Origin: Candidatus Woesearchaeota archaeon
GTDB taxonomy: Archaea > Nanobdellota > Nanobdellia > Woesearchaeales > GW2011-AR4
DNA: 29,638 nucleotides
Direction: 5' to 3'
Assembly: GCA_016181325.1 (NCBI GenBank)
Contig: JACOZO010000002.1
Location: forward strand, 1-29,638
Made by a program: the position numbers and the translations under genes. How positions within the stretch are numbered: the stretch's first letter is position 1; each line of letters starts with the position of its first letter. Below are positions 1-8,815 of the stretch, one piece after another. The notes beneath the pieces are model-generated. The model ran no database searches and was not told where the DNA came from. It saw only the letters and a program-made list of their open reading frames with translations.

Positions 1-1851
1 GGTAACCCAGCCGTTTATCCTTATGCCAGCCATCCACCTGTCTTCGGGGAAGATGGCGCTGTGGTTGAATAATGAGAAGGCTATATGGTTCTGGATCAGG
101 TCTTTTCCTGAAGTGTTGAAGTCAACAGGGTACCAGTAGTCAAACTCCTTTCGCATCTTGTCAATATCTTTTATCCGGGGTTTTTTGCCCTTCTTTAGGA
201 ATATATAATCAAAGGCATTGTCATCTATCAATTCTGGGTCTATCTTCTGTATTAAATGGGCTATCGGATAAAATGCGAAATAGATCGTGGAATCACTTAA
301 GCTTTCAATCAGCCATTTCCCGTCCCACGGCAACCGCGTGCCAAGGCCTTCCTCCCTTGTGCACGCCCAGTTCCTAAGCCAGTCTATCGTGTATTCAAGC
401 TGCTGCCTTGACTTGTCGGGATAAATCCTCAGCTTGCCCAATGCCTTATGGGCCAACTTTTTCCATTCCCGGTTTCCATATGCAATGAACCATTGGTCGG
501 AAACTATTTTTATTATGGCGGGAGTAAGGCATCTGCACACTACTTTGCCGGTAAGCTCGTACATCAATGCTGCCTGGCGGGAATTTAGCATATCCTGCTT
601 TATCTCCTCCTTCGCTTTTGCGACGGGCATGCCTCTGTATTTTCCGGCATTATCTTTCATTACGCCGCTGAAAAATTCCTTTTTGTATGCCTCCTGGGTT
701 GCCTTTTCAAGCAATGCGCTGTCTTTGTGGGATTTCACGCCCATTTTTTTTGATATCTCTATGGAAGGATGCTCGCCCATGCCCTCGACTTTAATCAATG
801 ATATTGGCTTTATTTTCCTGATTTCCTCGAAGTTGAGGCCGTATTTCTCGCATTCGCTTTTGCTGTTCTGCAGATCATTCAACGCAGCCCAGTCGAACGG
901 CGCGTGGCTCGGCACACTCCTTACAATCCCTGTCGCAATGTTGGGATTGCATATTGAAGACGGAAGAATAATAAGCTCCTTGCCGGTGACAGGCGCCCTG
1001 CAGTCTTTTCCCACAAAGTCCTTTCCCCTAATCTTTGATTCAATCGAAACGCTCTTGCCGTGCAGTTTCAGCTTTTCAGCACATTCTTTGCTGATTATCC
1101 ATTTCTCCTGATCGACCTTTGCCACGACATATTCCACGTCGGGGTTTATCCAGATATTTGTGTCGCCGAATATAGTCTCGGGCCTCAGTGTTGCAGTGAC
1201 GATGAACTTGTCGCCGAACTTGTACTTAATCAGCACGAATTCCTGGGGAGTCTCGCCCTCGCCTTCAATCCTATCATGGTCCTGGCACGGCACGTTGTCC
1301 TTCGGGCACCACACGACGGGAAATTCGCCTTTTATGACATAGTCCTTTTCCTTTAATTTGTTGAACTGCCACCTTATGAACTTGTCATAATGCGGGTTTA
1401 ATGAGGTGGTTATGTAATTCCTTCTCCAGTCTATGGAAATGCCGATTTTCCGGAAATCCTTCTGGAATTCAGGGGCGAAGAACTCTATCCAGTAACCGGG
1501 ATCCTCGAATTTCTTCAGCTCCTCCCTGTCGGTTATCCCCATGTCAGCGAGCATCTTGAGCTGCTTTTCCTCCTTTTCCTTCACCCTTCTTGCAGCGCTT
1601 ACCAATGGAGAGCCGGTTGCGTGCCACCCCTGCGGCATGAGCACATTGAAGCCCCTCAGCCTCTTGTAGCGGGCCATTATCTCTGCCTGAATCAATGTGT
1701 AGAAATGCCCTATGTGGGGATAGGCGTTGACATAAGGATATGTGAAATGCGCAAAGAACTTCTTTTTCTTCGGATTGGCATCTGCTTCGAATATCCCAGC
1801 CTTTTCCCACTTATCCTGCCATTTTTCGGCTATTTTGTTCAGGTCAAGCAT
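1..1851 (-). CDS. leuS: Leucine--tRNA ligase (archaeal type), 5' portion; runs off the window start
   Basis: Manual translation from ATG at 1851: MLDLNKIAEKWQDKWEKAGIFEA...YPYVNAYPHIGHFYT (class I HIGH motif). The frame at the window edge reads NHSAIFPEDRWMAGIRINGWVT, the segment that precedes KMSKS in archaeal LeuRS. Absent from the ORF track because there is no stop in the window. Confidence 0.93.
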   Translation of the reverse strand, partial: MLDLNKIAEKWQDKWEKAGIFEADANPKKKKFFAHFTYPYVNAYPHIGHFYTLIQAEIMARYKRLRGFNVLMPQGWHATGSPLVSAARRVKEKEEKQLKMLADMGITDREELKKFEDPGYWIEFFAPEFQKDFRKIGISIDWRRNYITTSLNPHYDKFIRWQFNKLKEKDYVIKGEFPVVWCPKDNVPCQDHDRIEGEGETPQEFVLIKYKFGDKFIVTATLRPETIFGDTNIWINPDVEYVVAKVDQEKWIISKECAEKLKLHGKSVSIESKIRGKDFVGKDCRAPVTGKELIILPSSICNPNIATGIVRSVPSHAPFDWAALNDLQNSKSECEKYGLNFEEIRKIKPISLIKVEGMGEHPSIEISKKMGVKSHKDSALLEKATQEAYKKEFFSGVMKDNAGKYRGMPVAKAKEEIKQDMLNSRQAALMYELTGKVVCRCLTPAIIKIVSDQWFIAYGNREWKKLAHKALGKLRIYPDKSRQQLEYTIDWLRNWACTREEGLGTRLPWDGKWLIESLSDSTIYFAFYPIAHLIQKIDPELIDDNAFDYIFLKKGKKPRIKDIDKMRKEFDYWYPVDFNTSGKDLIQNHIAFSLFNHSAIFPEDRWMAGIRINGWVT

Positions 1852-1926
1852 ACATTCAAGAAATAATGGCTTAATTTAAATTATTTGTGATTGTTTAATG
1901 TTTGAATTGGAATTAATGCTTATGCA

Positions 1927-2095
1927 CGAAAATAGAAAACTCTGGATGAACGAAGTGAAATCCAGAGTATCACCTTTTACCAACAGAGTTTTCTATTTTC
2001 GGCACACAGGAAATGCAAAGCATTTCCCCGTGTCCTGAAAATCCGACCCGAGCCCGTAGGGCGAGCAAACTCTGGACGAAGCGAAGCGGAGTCAT
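1927..2095. repeat. Nested inverted-repeat / REP-like hairpin cassette upstream of leuS
   Basis: 18-bp perfect IR cgaaaatagaaaactctg (1927-1944) / cagagttttctattttcg (1984-2001). Inner 9-bp stem actctggat/atccagagt (1939-1968) around loop gaacgaagtgaa. Separate hairpin ggaaatgc-aaa-gcatttcc (2009-2027). Confidence 0.8.
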
Positions 2096-2102
2096 TAAAA
2101 AA

Positions 2103-2687
2103 TCAAAACCCCTCTTTCTTCTTCAGATAATCAACCAATTTCCTGCTCAATACGGGCATGCCCTTGTCGTCCAATGCGTACCTGTACGGCAATACCACGG
2201 ATTCATTGTCGGAAATCTCCACCTCAATGCCGTCCCTGAAATTTATCTGCTTCAGCGGAGTGCCTTCTATGATTTTTTTTGCTGCGTAGACTGCAGTATC
2301 AGTCGGCATCTGCTCTTTTCCTAAATTTCTTGCCTCAAATTTTATTCTTTTGCGTTTCAGCCTTTCAATGAGCTCCCGCGTCCTGTTCTGCGGCGGGTCA
2401 TCGCCCAAAATGCCGCCGAACAGGAAATAATGGAATTTTCCTGAATCAGAAGGGGCAAGCGATTTTCCCGCATTCGCGTCCAAAAGACAGATGTTGCTGA
2501 GCTTGAGGGATTCAACACCCTTATTCTGCACCTTGCATATGCCATTCAGCCTGGGCGCAACATGTTTTCCGGCATTTGTTATAATCAAATTATTCCTGCC
2601 CACAATTTCAGAAATATGGCTATATTCTATCAGAGACCACTCAAAAAATTCTTTCCCGAAATGCTCGATGATGAAAACGGGTTTCAT
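2103..2687 (-). CDS. SPOUT-family SAM-dependent methyltransferase, Sfm1-like
   Basis: FIIEH start, WSLIEY, FLFGGILGDDPP..RT and LGKEQMPTDTAV match the pattern of the Sfm1-like predicted SAM-dependent methyltransferase family. Confidence 0.8.
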   Translation of the reverse strand: MKPVFIIEHFGKEFFEWSLIEYSHISEIVGRNNLIITNAGKHVAPRLNGICKVQNKGVESLKLSNICLLDANAGKSLAPSDSGKFHYFLFGGILGDDPPQNRTRELIERLKRKRIKFEARNLGKEQMPTDTAVYAAKKIIEGTPLKQINFRDGIEVEISDNESVVLPYRYALDDKGMPVLSRKLVDYLKKKEGF

Positions 2688-2692
2688 GCAAA

Positions 2693-2890
2693 TCAGAATT
2701 TCTTGAACTGTGCGCTTTCCTCTACGAGGTCAACATGGCCAAGGAACATCGCCCTGCAGCAGTACCTGTCCAAGCCAATCTCATCAAGTATCTTTTTACG
2801 GTCTTCTCCCTTCCCAACCCTCTGCTTGAAGGATTCCCATAAATGGGCTATTGGCTTTCCGCAGGACCAGCACCTGATTGGTATCATCAT
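2693..2890 (-). CDS. rpoN: DNA-directed RNA polymerase subunit N (Rpo10)
   Basis: IPIRCWSCGKP...RYCCRAMFLGHVDL, the canonical Zn-binding Rpo10/RPB10 signature; 65 aa. Confidence 0.98.
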   Translation of the reverse strand: MMIPIRCWSCGKPIAHLWESFKQRVGKGEDRKKILDEIGLDRYCCRAMFLGHVDLVEESAQFKKF

Positions 2891-2959
2891 TTTATTTTCC
2901 CCTTGATATGATTTTATGTAACTTCTGACCCTTTTTAAAGCTTTAGGTTAATGCACTTG

Positions 2960-3241
2960 TCATTGAGCATCATTAACTTTGATAATATGCCAGCCGAACT
3001 GGGACTTTACCGGCCTCGAAATCTCGCCTTTTTTCAGGGCAAATGCCGCGTTCTCGAATTCCTTCACCATCTGCCCCCTGCCGAACCATCCCAGATTTCC
3101 TCCTTTCCTGCCTGAAGGGCAGATTGAGATCTCTTTTGCGACATCCTCAAAGCCCTTGCCGTGCTTCACGTCATAAAGCGCGACATTTGCCTCTGCCTCA
3201 GTCTTTACAAGAATATGCGATGCATTGATTTTGCCGGGCAT
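2960..3241 (-). CDS. ppiC: Parvulin-type peptidyl-prolyl cis-trans isomerase (single domain, no signal peptide)
   Basis: [27 protein letters not shown] and SQFGWHII rotamase motifs; 93 aa. Confidence 0.95.
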   Translation of the reverse strand: MPGKINASHILVKTEAEANVALYDVKHGKGFEDVAKEISICPSGRKGGNLGWFGRGQMVKEFENAAFALKKGEISRPVKSQFGWHIIKVNDAQ

Positions 3242-3286
3242 TTTGACGCTTAATTTCCATCACTATAAAAATTTAATTATTTAAAG

Positions 3287-3404
3287 TGGGGCTGCCGGGA
3301 CTTTCAAAAGCCTGCATTGGCAGCTTCAAATGCAATGAGCCTGTTTGAACCCGGACCACGACGTCCCGAACGTCGCATTCTGAGCCAAGTTATACTACAG
3401 CCCC
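3287..3404 (-). tRNA. tRNA-Pro (anticodon CGG) with a 43-nt intron in the T-loop (position 59/60; intron 3301-3343)
   Basis: Minus strand reads GGGGCTG acceptor stem...CGACG-TT-CGG-GA-CGTCG anticodon arm...CCGGG-TTCAAA[intron]T-CCCGG-CAGCCCC-A. Removing 3301-3343 restores the TTCAAAT loop. The junctions form a bulge-helix-bulge with a UUCA/UGAA helix. Confidence 0.92.
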
Positions 3405-3493
3405 ATGAGGATGGGATAATCACGGATTGTTTTTAAAATGTGCGGATGGGGGATGGAAGTGTTTATATCAAGAATTGTTTGGTTCACACATAT

Positions 3494-4969
3494 TTACTTT
3501 CTCAAAGACATTAAGTTAACCGGAACATAACCTGCAAACTTATGGATCATAGCATCGTGTCTCATCGAATCCCAAAAATCAACTTTATCAGCTGCTCTTG
3601 CACGCCTACCGGCAATTTCAGCTAATCCGCCAACGCCCATTGCTGCCTCACCACCCTTAGACTGGTTATAATGTCCGCCATAAGAAATTTCATGCCTTGC
3701 CTCCACAGGAGGTGGGCTAACCTCAACTACTGCAATCCCTATTGATCCAAGATATGGGTTATCCAGTTCACTTGAAGCTTTTGAATCAGCCGGAACTGGC
3801 CTAGCTACATAAATATCTGTTTCTGTTGCTTGATCAAGAAACTTTAAGAATTGTCTTACTGCATGAAGTCTGGATTCATACATGACTTTCTGTGCAATCT
3901 CTGGATTATCCAATTTTTCCAATAAAGCTATATCTTTTTCAGTCATATTCCTTCGAAATATTTGGCTAAACATAAATGAAAGTGCGAATAACTCTTCTGA
4001 AGTTCCAAAATCATCTATACAGTTATAATGTGACATTGGATCAGGACCTCTAGCTATCTTAATAGAATTGCAAAAGAATCCATTGTAATCGTGCTCTTGG
4101 CCAGGTTTTAAGTAAGTTACGTCTGGCGCAATGCCAGTTACAGGCAATACTCCTTTTTCGAATCCACCATACCAAAGCTGAAGTGATTTTACCCTAAAAG
4201 GTATACCGTTAATTGTGGGAACAACAGCATATAGTCTATCTTGTGATGTGTTCTTAATCCTCAAAGCAAGTCGACTTCCTTCTCCTACCATAAGGGTAAG
4301 ATATCTGGATCTGTCCGCAGGCAATCCATTATAGTAAACATGATCTACAACTTGTACGGTTGAGCTATCAGAAGATATTAATCTGGGTTCTACTGGTCTA
4401 TCATCTGCAAAAAGAGTAAATTCCAGACCATATATATCAACTCCACTAAAACTAGTTTCTCCTGTAATCTTTGGAATTCTCACCCCATGTAAAACGCCAT
4501 CATAAAACTCCCTATGGTTAGCTACAATATCTGTTAAAGGACCTAATGAATCTCTTGCAGCCCTTAAAGCTTCAAGATTTTCAGGAATAGGAACACTTGT
4601 AAAATAATCTGCAAATATGCTAACCCATGGTAAAACATGGTGAAAAGAATAATAAGCGGTATTACTTCCATGCAGCAATTCTGTCCACATATTAGAAAAA
4701 TGGGCATTTTGCTGCAATTGACTTAAAGCCTGATCCATAAAACTTCTGCTAGATGTTAATCTTAGAACTCTACTGGGTAAATTCCCTGCTGTAGCTAATT
4801 CATAAAATAGTGAGAAAGTTCCCTGAATTGTAGTATACTTCCTGGTTAATTCAGCAAGACCTTCTTCTGTTAGCTCAATTGGTTTTCCCAAAATGGAACT
4901 TGCAGCTCTCCCATCTGGAAGCAAAAGTGTTCCAGGTACAGGTGCAATAAGTTCTCTGTCAATTGTCAT
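3494..4969 (-). CDS. Hypothetical protein, 491 aa, AT-rich accessory gene
   Basis: Long intact ORF with A/T-ending codons. Sampled 60-nt lines give about 28-40% GC, versus about 55% in a sampled atpA line. No family recognised with certainty. Confidence 0.8.
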   Translation of the reverse strand: MTIDRELIAPVPGTLLLPDGRAASSILGKPIELTEEGLAELTRKYTTIQGTFSLFYELATAGNLPSRVLRLTSSRSFMDQALSQLQQNAHFSNMWTELLHGSNTAYYSFHHVLPWVSIFADYFTSVPIPENLEALRAARDSLGPLTDIVANHREFYDGVLHGVRIPKITGETSFSGVDIYGLEFTLFADDRPVEPRLISSDSSTVQVVDHVYYNGLPADRSRYLTLMVGEGSRLALRIKNTSQDRLYAVVPTINGIPFRVKSLQLWYGGFEKGVLPVTGIAPDVTYLKPGQEHDYNGFFCNSIKIARGPDPMSHYNCIDDFGTSEELFALSFMFSQIFRRNMTEKDIALLEKLDNPEIAQKVMYESRLHAVRQFLKFLDQATETDIYVARPVPADSKASSELDNPYLGSIGIAVVEVSPPPVEARHEISYGGHYNQSKGGEAAMGVGGLAEIAGRRARAADKVDFWDSMRHDAMIHKFAGYVPVNLMSLRK

Positions 4970-5303
4970 TGGTATAGGGAAATAATTTCCATATTTAAAC
5001 TTTTTGATATTTTACTATTTGGGAGTTATGAATTAATTAGTCAAACCCTTCTTAGATGCGGCCTGTCATCGTGGAAATCATACTAAACGTACTACAAAAC
5101 TGAAACCATTCAATAATATTTTCTATTCTCTATTCCATTTTGGAGTAACACACATCATCATTGAAACGTAGCACGGTTGTAAAAGGTGTAGCTTCGCTTG
5201 GCACTACCAATTTCGGTAGCCAAAAAACTTCCGCTCATCATAGGAAGATTTGCTACGTATAACTCAGGTTATTTACACTTCCCACCATCATCACCCCTAA
5301 ATA

Positions 5304-5311
5304 TATATAAA
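5304..5311 (+). promoter_or_regulatory. Putative archaeal TATA box of the AbrB/PhoU-type gene
   Basis: TATATAAA ending 22 nt upstream of ATG 5334, a spacing consistent with a leaderless archaeal transcript. Confidence 0.5.
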
Positions 5312-5333
5312 TACCAACTCTTTACTATCCAAT

Positions 5334-6249
5334 ATGCAAATCCACAACGTGCAGAAAACTGGAAACATGCACTATATCTACCTTCCGAAACGTGCAGAAA
5401 ACTGGAAACATGCACTATATCTACCTTCCGACATCATGGTGCAGGGAGCACAAGATAAGCAACAGTTCAAAGGTCAGCATCGAGCAGGGCGGCAGCGGCG
5501 AGCTGAGAGTCGTGCCGAATCTCAAGGAAAAAGAGCCAAAGAGGCTGAAGCTCAACATTTCCGAGCATGACCAGGACATAATCCACAAGCTGGCAGTGGC
5601 ATGCTACATAAACCCACTGGCTTCTTTTGAGATAAATTTTGACAGGGAGATGGACTACACGAAGCTGCTGAAGCAGAAGAGGCTCATCAACCTTGAATCT
5701 GTCGAGCTGGACAAGAAGCAGATAACCTGCGAGTCAACAGTGTCAATAAGCAATCCTGATTCGCTGCTGAAGACCATGGTCAAGAAGATAAAGAACATGA
5801 TAACCGTGATGCAGATAGGCTATGATGCTGAAGTGATAAGCAGGTATGAGGATGAGATTGACAGGAGCAAAATGCTCATAGACAAGTCCATCATCAGCTC
5901 GCTGGCATTCCAGAAATCAACAGACCTCAAGACCATAGACCTTTATTACATCTCCCTCATATCAAAAGAGCTGGAGCGAATGGTGGATCATCTCATCCAG
6001 CTGAAGCCTGACCAGAAGGAATTCCTGAACTCGCTTCATGAGCCGATAGCCCACCTGCAGAAAATCCTTGAGAATACCAAGGCACTGAACCACAAATCTG
6101 CGATACAGTTCATCAGGATATGCCTTAAAATAAGGAACTATTCAAGGGATATAAGCACTTATGACCACGAAAGGATAAGGCTTTACCTGCTCAATATCTC
6201 TGAAGTGCTGATGGACTGGGCAATAACAAACGAGCTTGAAGGCATCTGA
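5334..6249 (+). pseudogene. AbrB/MazE-like N-terminal domain + PhoU-like regulator, frameshifted by a 43-bp tandem duplication (residual ORF from GTG 5392)
   Basis: Removing one repeat copy gives MQIHNVQKTGNMHYIYLPTSWCREHK..., an AbrB-like VQKTG..YI.LP..W motif. The helical C-terminal part (YEDEIDR, ISKELERMVDH) is typical of archaeal phosphate-uptake regulators. Confidence 0.75.
5346..5431. repeat. Perfect 43-bp tandem duplication
   Basis: aacgtgcagaaaactggaaacatgcactatatctaccttccga occurs at 5346-5388 and at 5389-5431. Confidence 0.97.
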
Positions 6250-6369
6250 CTACGGCTTTTTTCCCGTGAAGAATGCATACTCTATCACCATGCTGAGCCT
6301 TCCTATGAAAATGCCGATAGCGATATAGAGCATAATCTCAAGAATCTTTGACAATTCCGACGAGCCCAT
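6250..6369 (-). CDS. Small single-TM membrane protein, 39 aa
   Basis: MGSSELSKILEIMLYIAIGIFIGRLSMVIEYAFFTGKKP*. It fills the gap exactly, with its stop abutting the stop of the convergent regulator gene. Below the ORF-track cutoff. Confidence 0.6.
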   Translation of the reverse strand: MGSSELSKILEIMLYIAIGIFIGRLSMVIEYAFFTGKKP

Positions 6370-6503
6370 AGATTAAAAATTTTCAGCATTCTTAAACGGC
6401 TTGCCTAAACAGTAAATACCCTATACTTGTACTAAATATTATATCTGTACTCTTTAGATAACCTTATTAAGCATTTTGGCAGAACTGCTTCAGGGGGTAA
6501 AAC

Positions 6504-6511
6504 TTTATATA
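6504..6511 (+). promoter_or_regulatory. Putative TATA box of the ATP synthase/Ehr operon
   Basis: TTTATATA preceded by purine-rich gtaaaac, ending 26 nt upstream of ATG 6538. Confidence 0.5.
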
Positions 6512-6537
6512 TATGCTAAAAGAGAAATGTATACTAT

Positions 6538-6870
6538 ATGACCCAAATGGAAGCTGAAATCTTCATTGAAATAAAAGAAGCCGAAAAAAAAGCAGAGGAT
6601 ATCCTCCAGAGGGCTAATTCTGACGGTGAAAAGCTGGTTCAGGATGCCAAAAGCAAGGCCTCAAGCCAGCTGATGCACGGGACAAGCTCAATAGACAGGG
6701 AAAAGGCAGACAAGCTGCAGGAATTCAGGGAAAAAGTGTACGTTCTGAAGGACACGAAGCTGTCAGAGGGGAATGAGGCGATATCCAAGCTAAAGGAAAA
6801 ATCAAAGAAAAGCATGGATGCAACTGTAAAGTTCATAAATGAAAAATTTCTTGAGACACTAAGGGAGTAA
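6538..6870 (+). CDS. atpH: A-type ATP synthase subunit H (peripheral stalk)
   Basis: 110-aa charged coiled coil (EIKEAEKKAEDIL...), first gene of the operon, 1 nt before subunit I. Confidence 0.82.
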   Translation: MTQMEAEIFIEIKEAEKKAEDILQRANSDGEKLVQDAKSKASSQLMHGTSSIDREKADKLQEFREKVYVLKDTKLSEGNEAISKLKEKSKKSMDATVKFINEKFLETLRE

Positions 6871-6871
6871 A

Positions 6872-8764
6872 ATGCTGAAACCTGAAAGCATGAGCAGGCT
6901 GGTAATAGCGGGGCACAAGGAGCATATGCAGCAGACAATAAATGAGCTGCATCAGCTTAAGGTTCTGCACATAGTTGATCATGCAAAAAATGAGCTTGCA
7001 GATATCGGCTCGCCTTATGAAAAAGCATCGGCACTATCTGAAACCCTGATTAAGATAAGGTCGATAATGACCTATTGCAGCCTAAACAGGGGCAGCGATG
7101 CGGAATCTCCTGATAAGACCCATGATAAGCTAAGCCATGATAAAATCAACTCAAGACTGCAGGCCATAAGCGGCCAAATAGCAGGAATCCAAGAAAGCAT
7201 CAGGGAGTACCAATCCAGGCTCACAAAAAACAACGTCGTTCTTGCTGAATTAAGAAAGCTTGAGGACCTTAAGATGCCTCTTGAGGCAATTTCTGCATAT
7301 AAATCCCTAGTGTACTTTGTGGGCTATGCAAATGATGCCCAAAGCCTGCACGGGCGACTGCAGAAAAAAGGATGGAATTTCAGGATGTACCTGTCGCAAA
7401 AAAATCCCAAGCTCATGGCGCTGTTCATTGAATCCGGCAAAAGCAAGGAAGCAGCTGAGATTCTGGGCCAAAGCAGTTTCTCCTCATTAAATGCTGCCCT
7501 CCTTGAGGAACTGGAGGGGCTGCCGTCAAAAGCTGCCGAGAAAGTGTCCAAGGAAATCCTTGACTGCTCAAATGAGGCTGAGAGGCTGGGCAAGGAGCTG
7601 GCCCAGGCCGGCAAAGACAATATGGAATTTCTTCTGGCCGCCGAGAAATACCTCAGCAATGAGCTTGAAAAGGCTGAAGCTCCGTTGAGGTTTGCCGCGA
7701 CAAAGAACGCGTTTTTCGTAAGTGGATGGGTTCCTGCAGGCAACATCAGCCATGTCATGAACCGGCTTGAAAAAACCCTTAAAAACAAGCTTTTTATAAG
7801 CTTTGACGCGCCCAAGCCCAAGGATGATGTTCCTGTGAAGCTGAACAACAAGAAATATGCAAAGCCTTTTGAGTTTCTGCTTGACCTCTATTCCCTCCCA
7901 ATATACAGGGAATTTGACCCTACACTGCTGATATTCCTCACATTCCCGATATTCTTCGGATTCATGCTTGGCGACATAGGGTACGGGCTGCTGTCATTGG
8001 GGATTTTTGCGCTCATGAAGAAGAAAATGCCCAAGGCAAAAAATTTCTTCAATATATTCATGCTGTCATCTGTCTCAACCGTATTTTTCGGGCTGCTGTT
8101 CGGCGAGTTTTTCGGGGCAGAAGAGATAGGGCATTTTGAATTGTGGCATATATTGAGCAGGTCGCATGATGTGATGCTGCTGCTATCCATAGCTGTCGGC
8201 ATCGGCATAGTCCACCTGAATCTGGGGCTGATTCTTGGGTTCTTCAATGAAAGAAAATTGCACGGGCTTAAGCACGCCATATACGCGAAAGGAAGCTGGT
8301 TTATATTACAAGGAGGAACTTTTATTTTGATTGCCGATACAATAAACCTGATTAGCACATCTACTTTGCTTATAGTATTTGGTTTTGCAATAACATATGG
8401 ACTTTTAATTGGCTCAATTTTAATTTTACTTGCAATTATTATGCTCATAAAAGGAGAAGGAATAATAGGGCCGATTGAAATCTTGGGATTAATCGGCAAT
8501 ATTGGCTCCTACTCAAGGCTCATGGCCATCGGATTAAGCTCAGTAATGCTTGCGATAGTCATAAATGAGATGGCATTCGAGTTTCTGCATAAAGGCAACC
8601 TATATATTTTAGCGGGAATCCTCCTATTGCTCATAGGACATGCCATCAACATGGCCCTGGGATGGATGGGATCCTTTTTGCATTCATTGAGGCTGCATTA
8701 CGTTGAATTTTTCACCAAATTTTTTCACGGAGGCGGAAAGAAGTACAGCCCTTTTGGATTATAG
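6872..8764 (+). CDS. atpI: A-type ATP synthase subunit I (a)
   Basis: MLKPESMSRL start, DPT...FPIFFGFMLGDIGYG, SYSRL (essential Arg) and LRLHYVEFFTKFF. Confidence 0.97.
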   Translation: MLKPESMSRLVIAGHKEHMQQTINELHQLKVLHIVDHAKNELADIGSPYEKASALSETLIKIRSIMTYCSLNRGSDAESPDKTHDKLSHDKINSRLQAISGQIAGIQESIREYQSRLTKNNVVLAELRKLEDLKMPLEAISAYKSLVYFVGYANDAQSLHGRLQKKGWNFRMYLSQKNPKLMALFIESGKSKEAAEILGQSSFSSLNAALLEELEGLPSKAAEKVSKEILDCSNEAERLGKELAQAGKDNMEFLLAAEKYLSNELEKAEAPLRFAATKNAFFVSGWVPAGNISHVMNRLEKTLKNKLFISFDAPKPKDDVPVKLNNKKYAKPFEFLLDLYSLPIYREFDPTLLIFLTFPIFFGFMLGDIGYGLLSLGIFALMKKKMPKAKNFFNIFMLSSVSTVFFGLLFGEFFGAEEIGHFELWHILSRSHDVMLLLSIAVGIGIVHLNLGLILGFFNERKLHGLKHAIYAKGSWFILQGGTFILIADTINLISTSTLLIVFGFAITYGLLIGSILILLAIIMLIKGEGIIGPIEILGLIGNIGSYSRLMAIGLSSVMLAIVINEMAFEFLHKGNLYILAGILLLLIGHAINMALGWMGSFLHSLRLHYVEFFTKFFHGGGKKYSPFGL

Positions 8765-8815
8765 CCTGTATGATTGGGTCACGATGTTAACTGAAAAATT
8801 CGGAGGTAAAAGAAA

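Noticed and set aside
434-1866. Plus-strand ORFs 434-1111, 1060-1356, 1160-1342 and 1621-1866, and minus ORF 1544-1810
   Set aside because: Antisense or off-frame shadows of leuS, which occupies 1-1851 on the minus strand with clear motifs.
3301-3343. The tRNA intron and the tandem duplication at 5346 are both 43 nt long
   Set aside because: The sequences are unrelated; treated as coincidence.
3287-5333. tRNA-anchored integrative element or prophage containing the AT-rich orphan
   Set aside because: The orphan lies 5' of the tRNA, I see no duplicated tRNA 3' end (att site), and no integrase is present.
4970-5333. Short ORFs in the AT-rich spacer (including 5198-5458 from the track)
   Set aside because: All frames are interrupted by stops or look random; no RBS or motif support.
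5346-5431. Direct repeats as a possible mini-CRISPR array
   Set aside because: The two copies are contiguous with no spacer, lie in coding sequence, and no cas genes are present.
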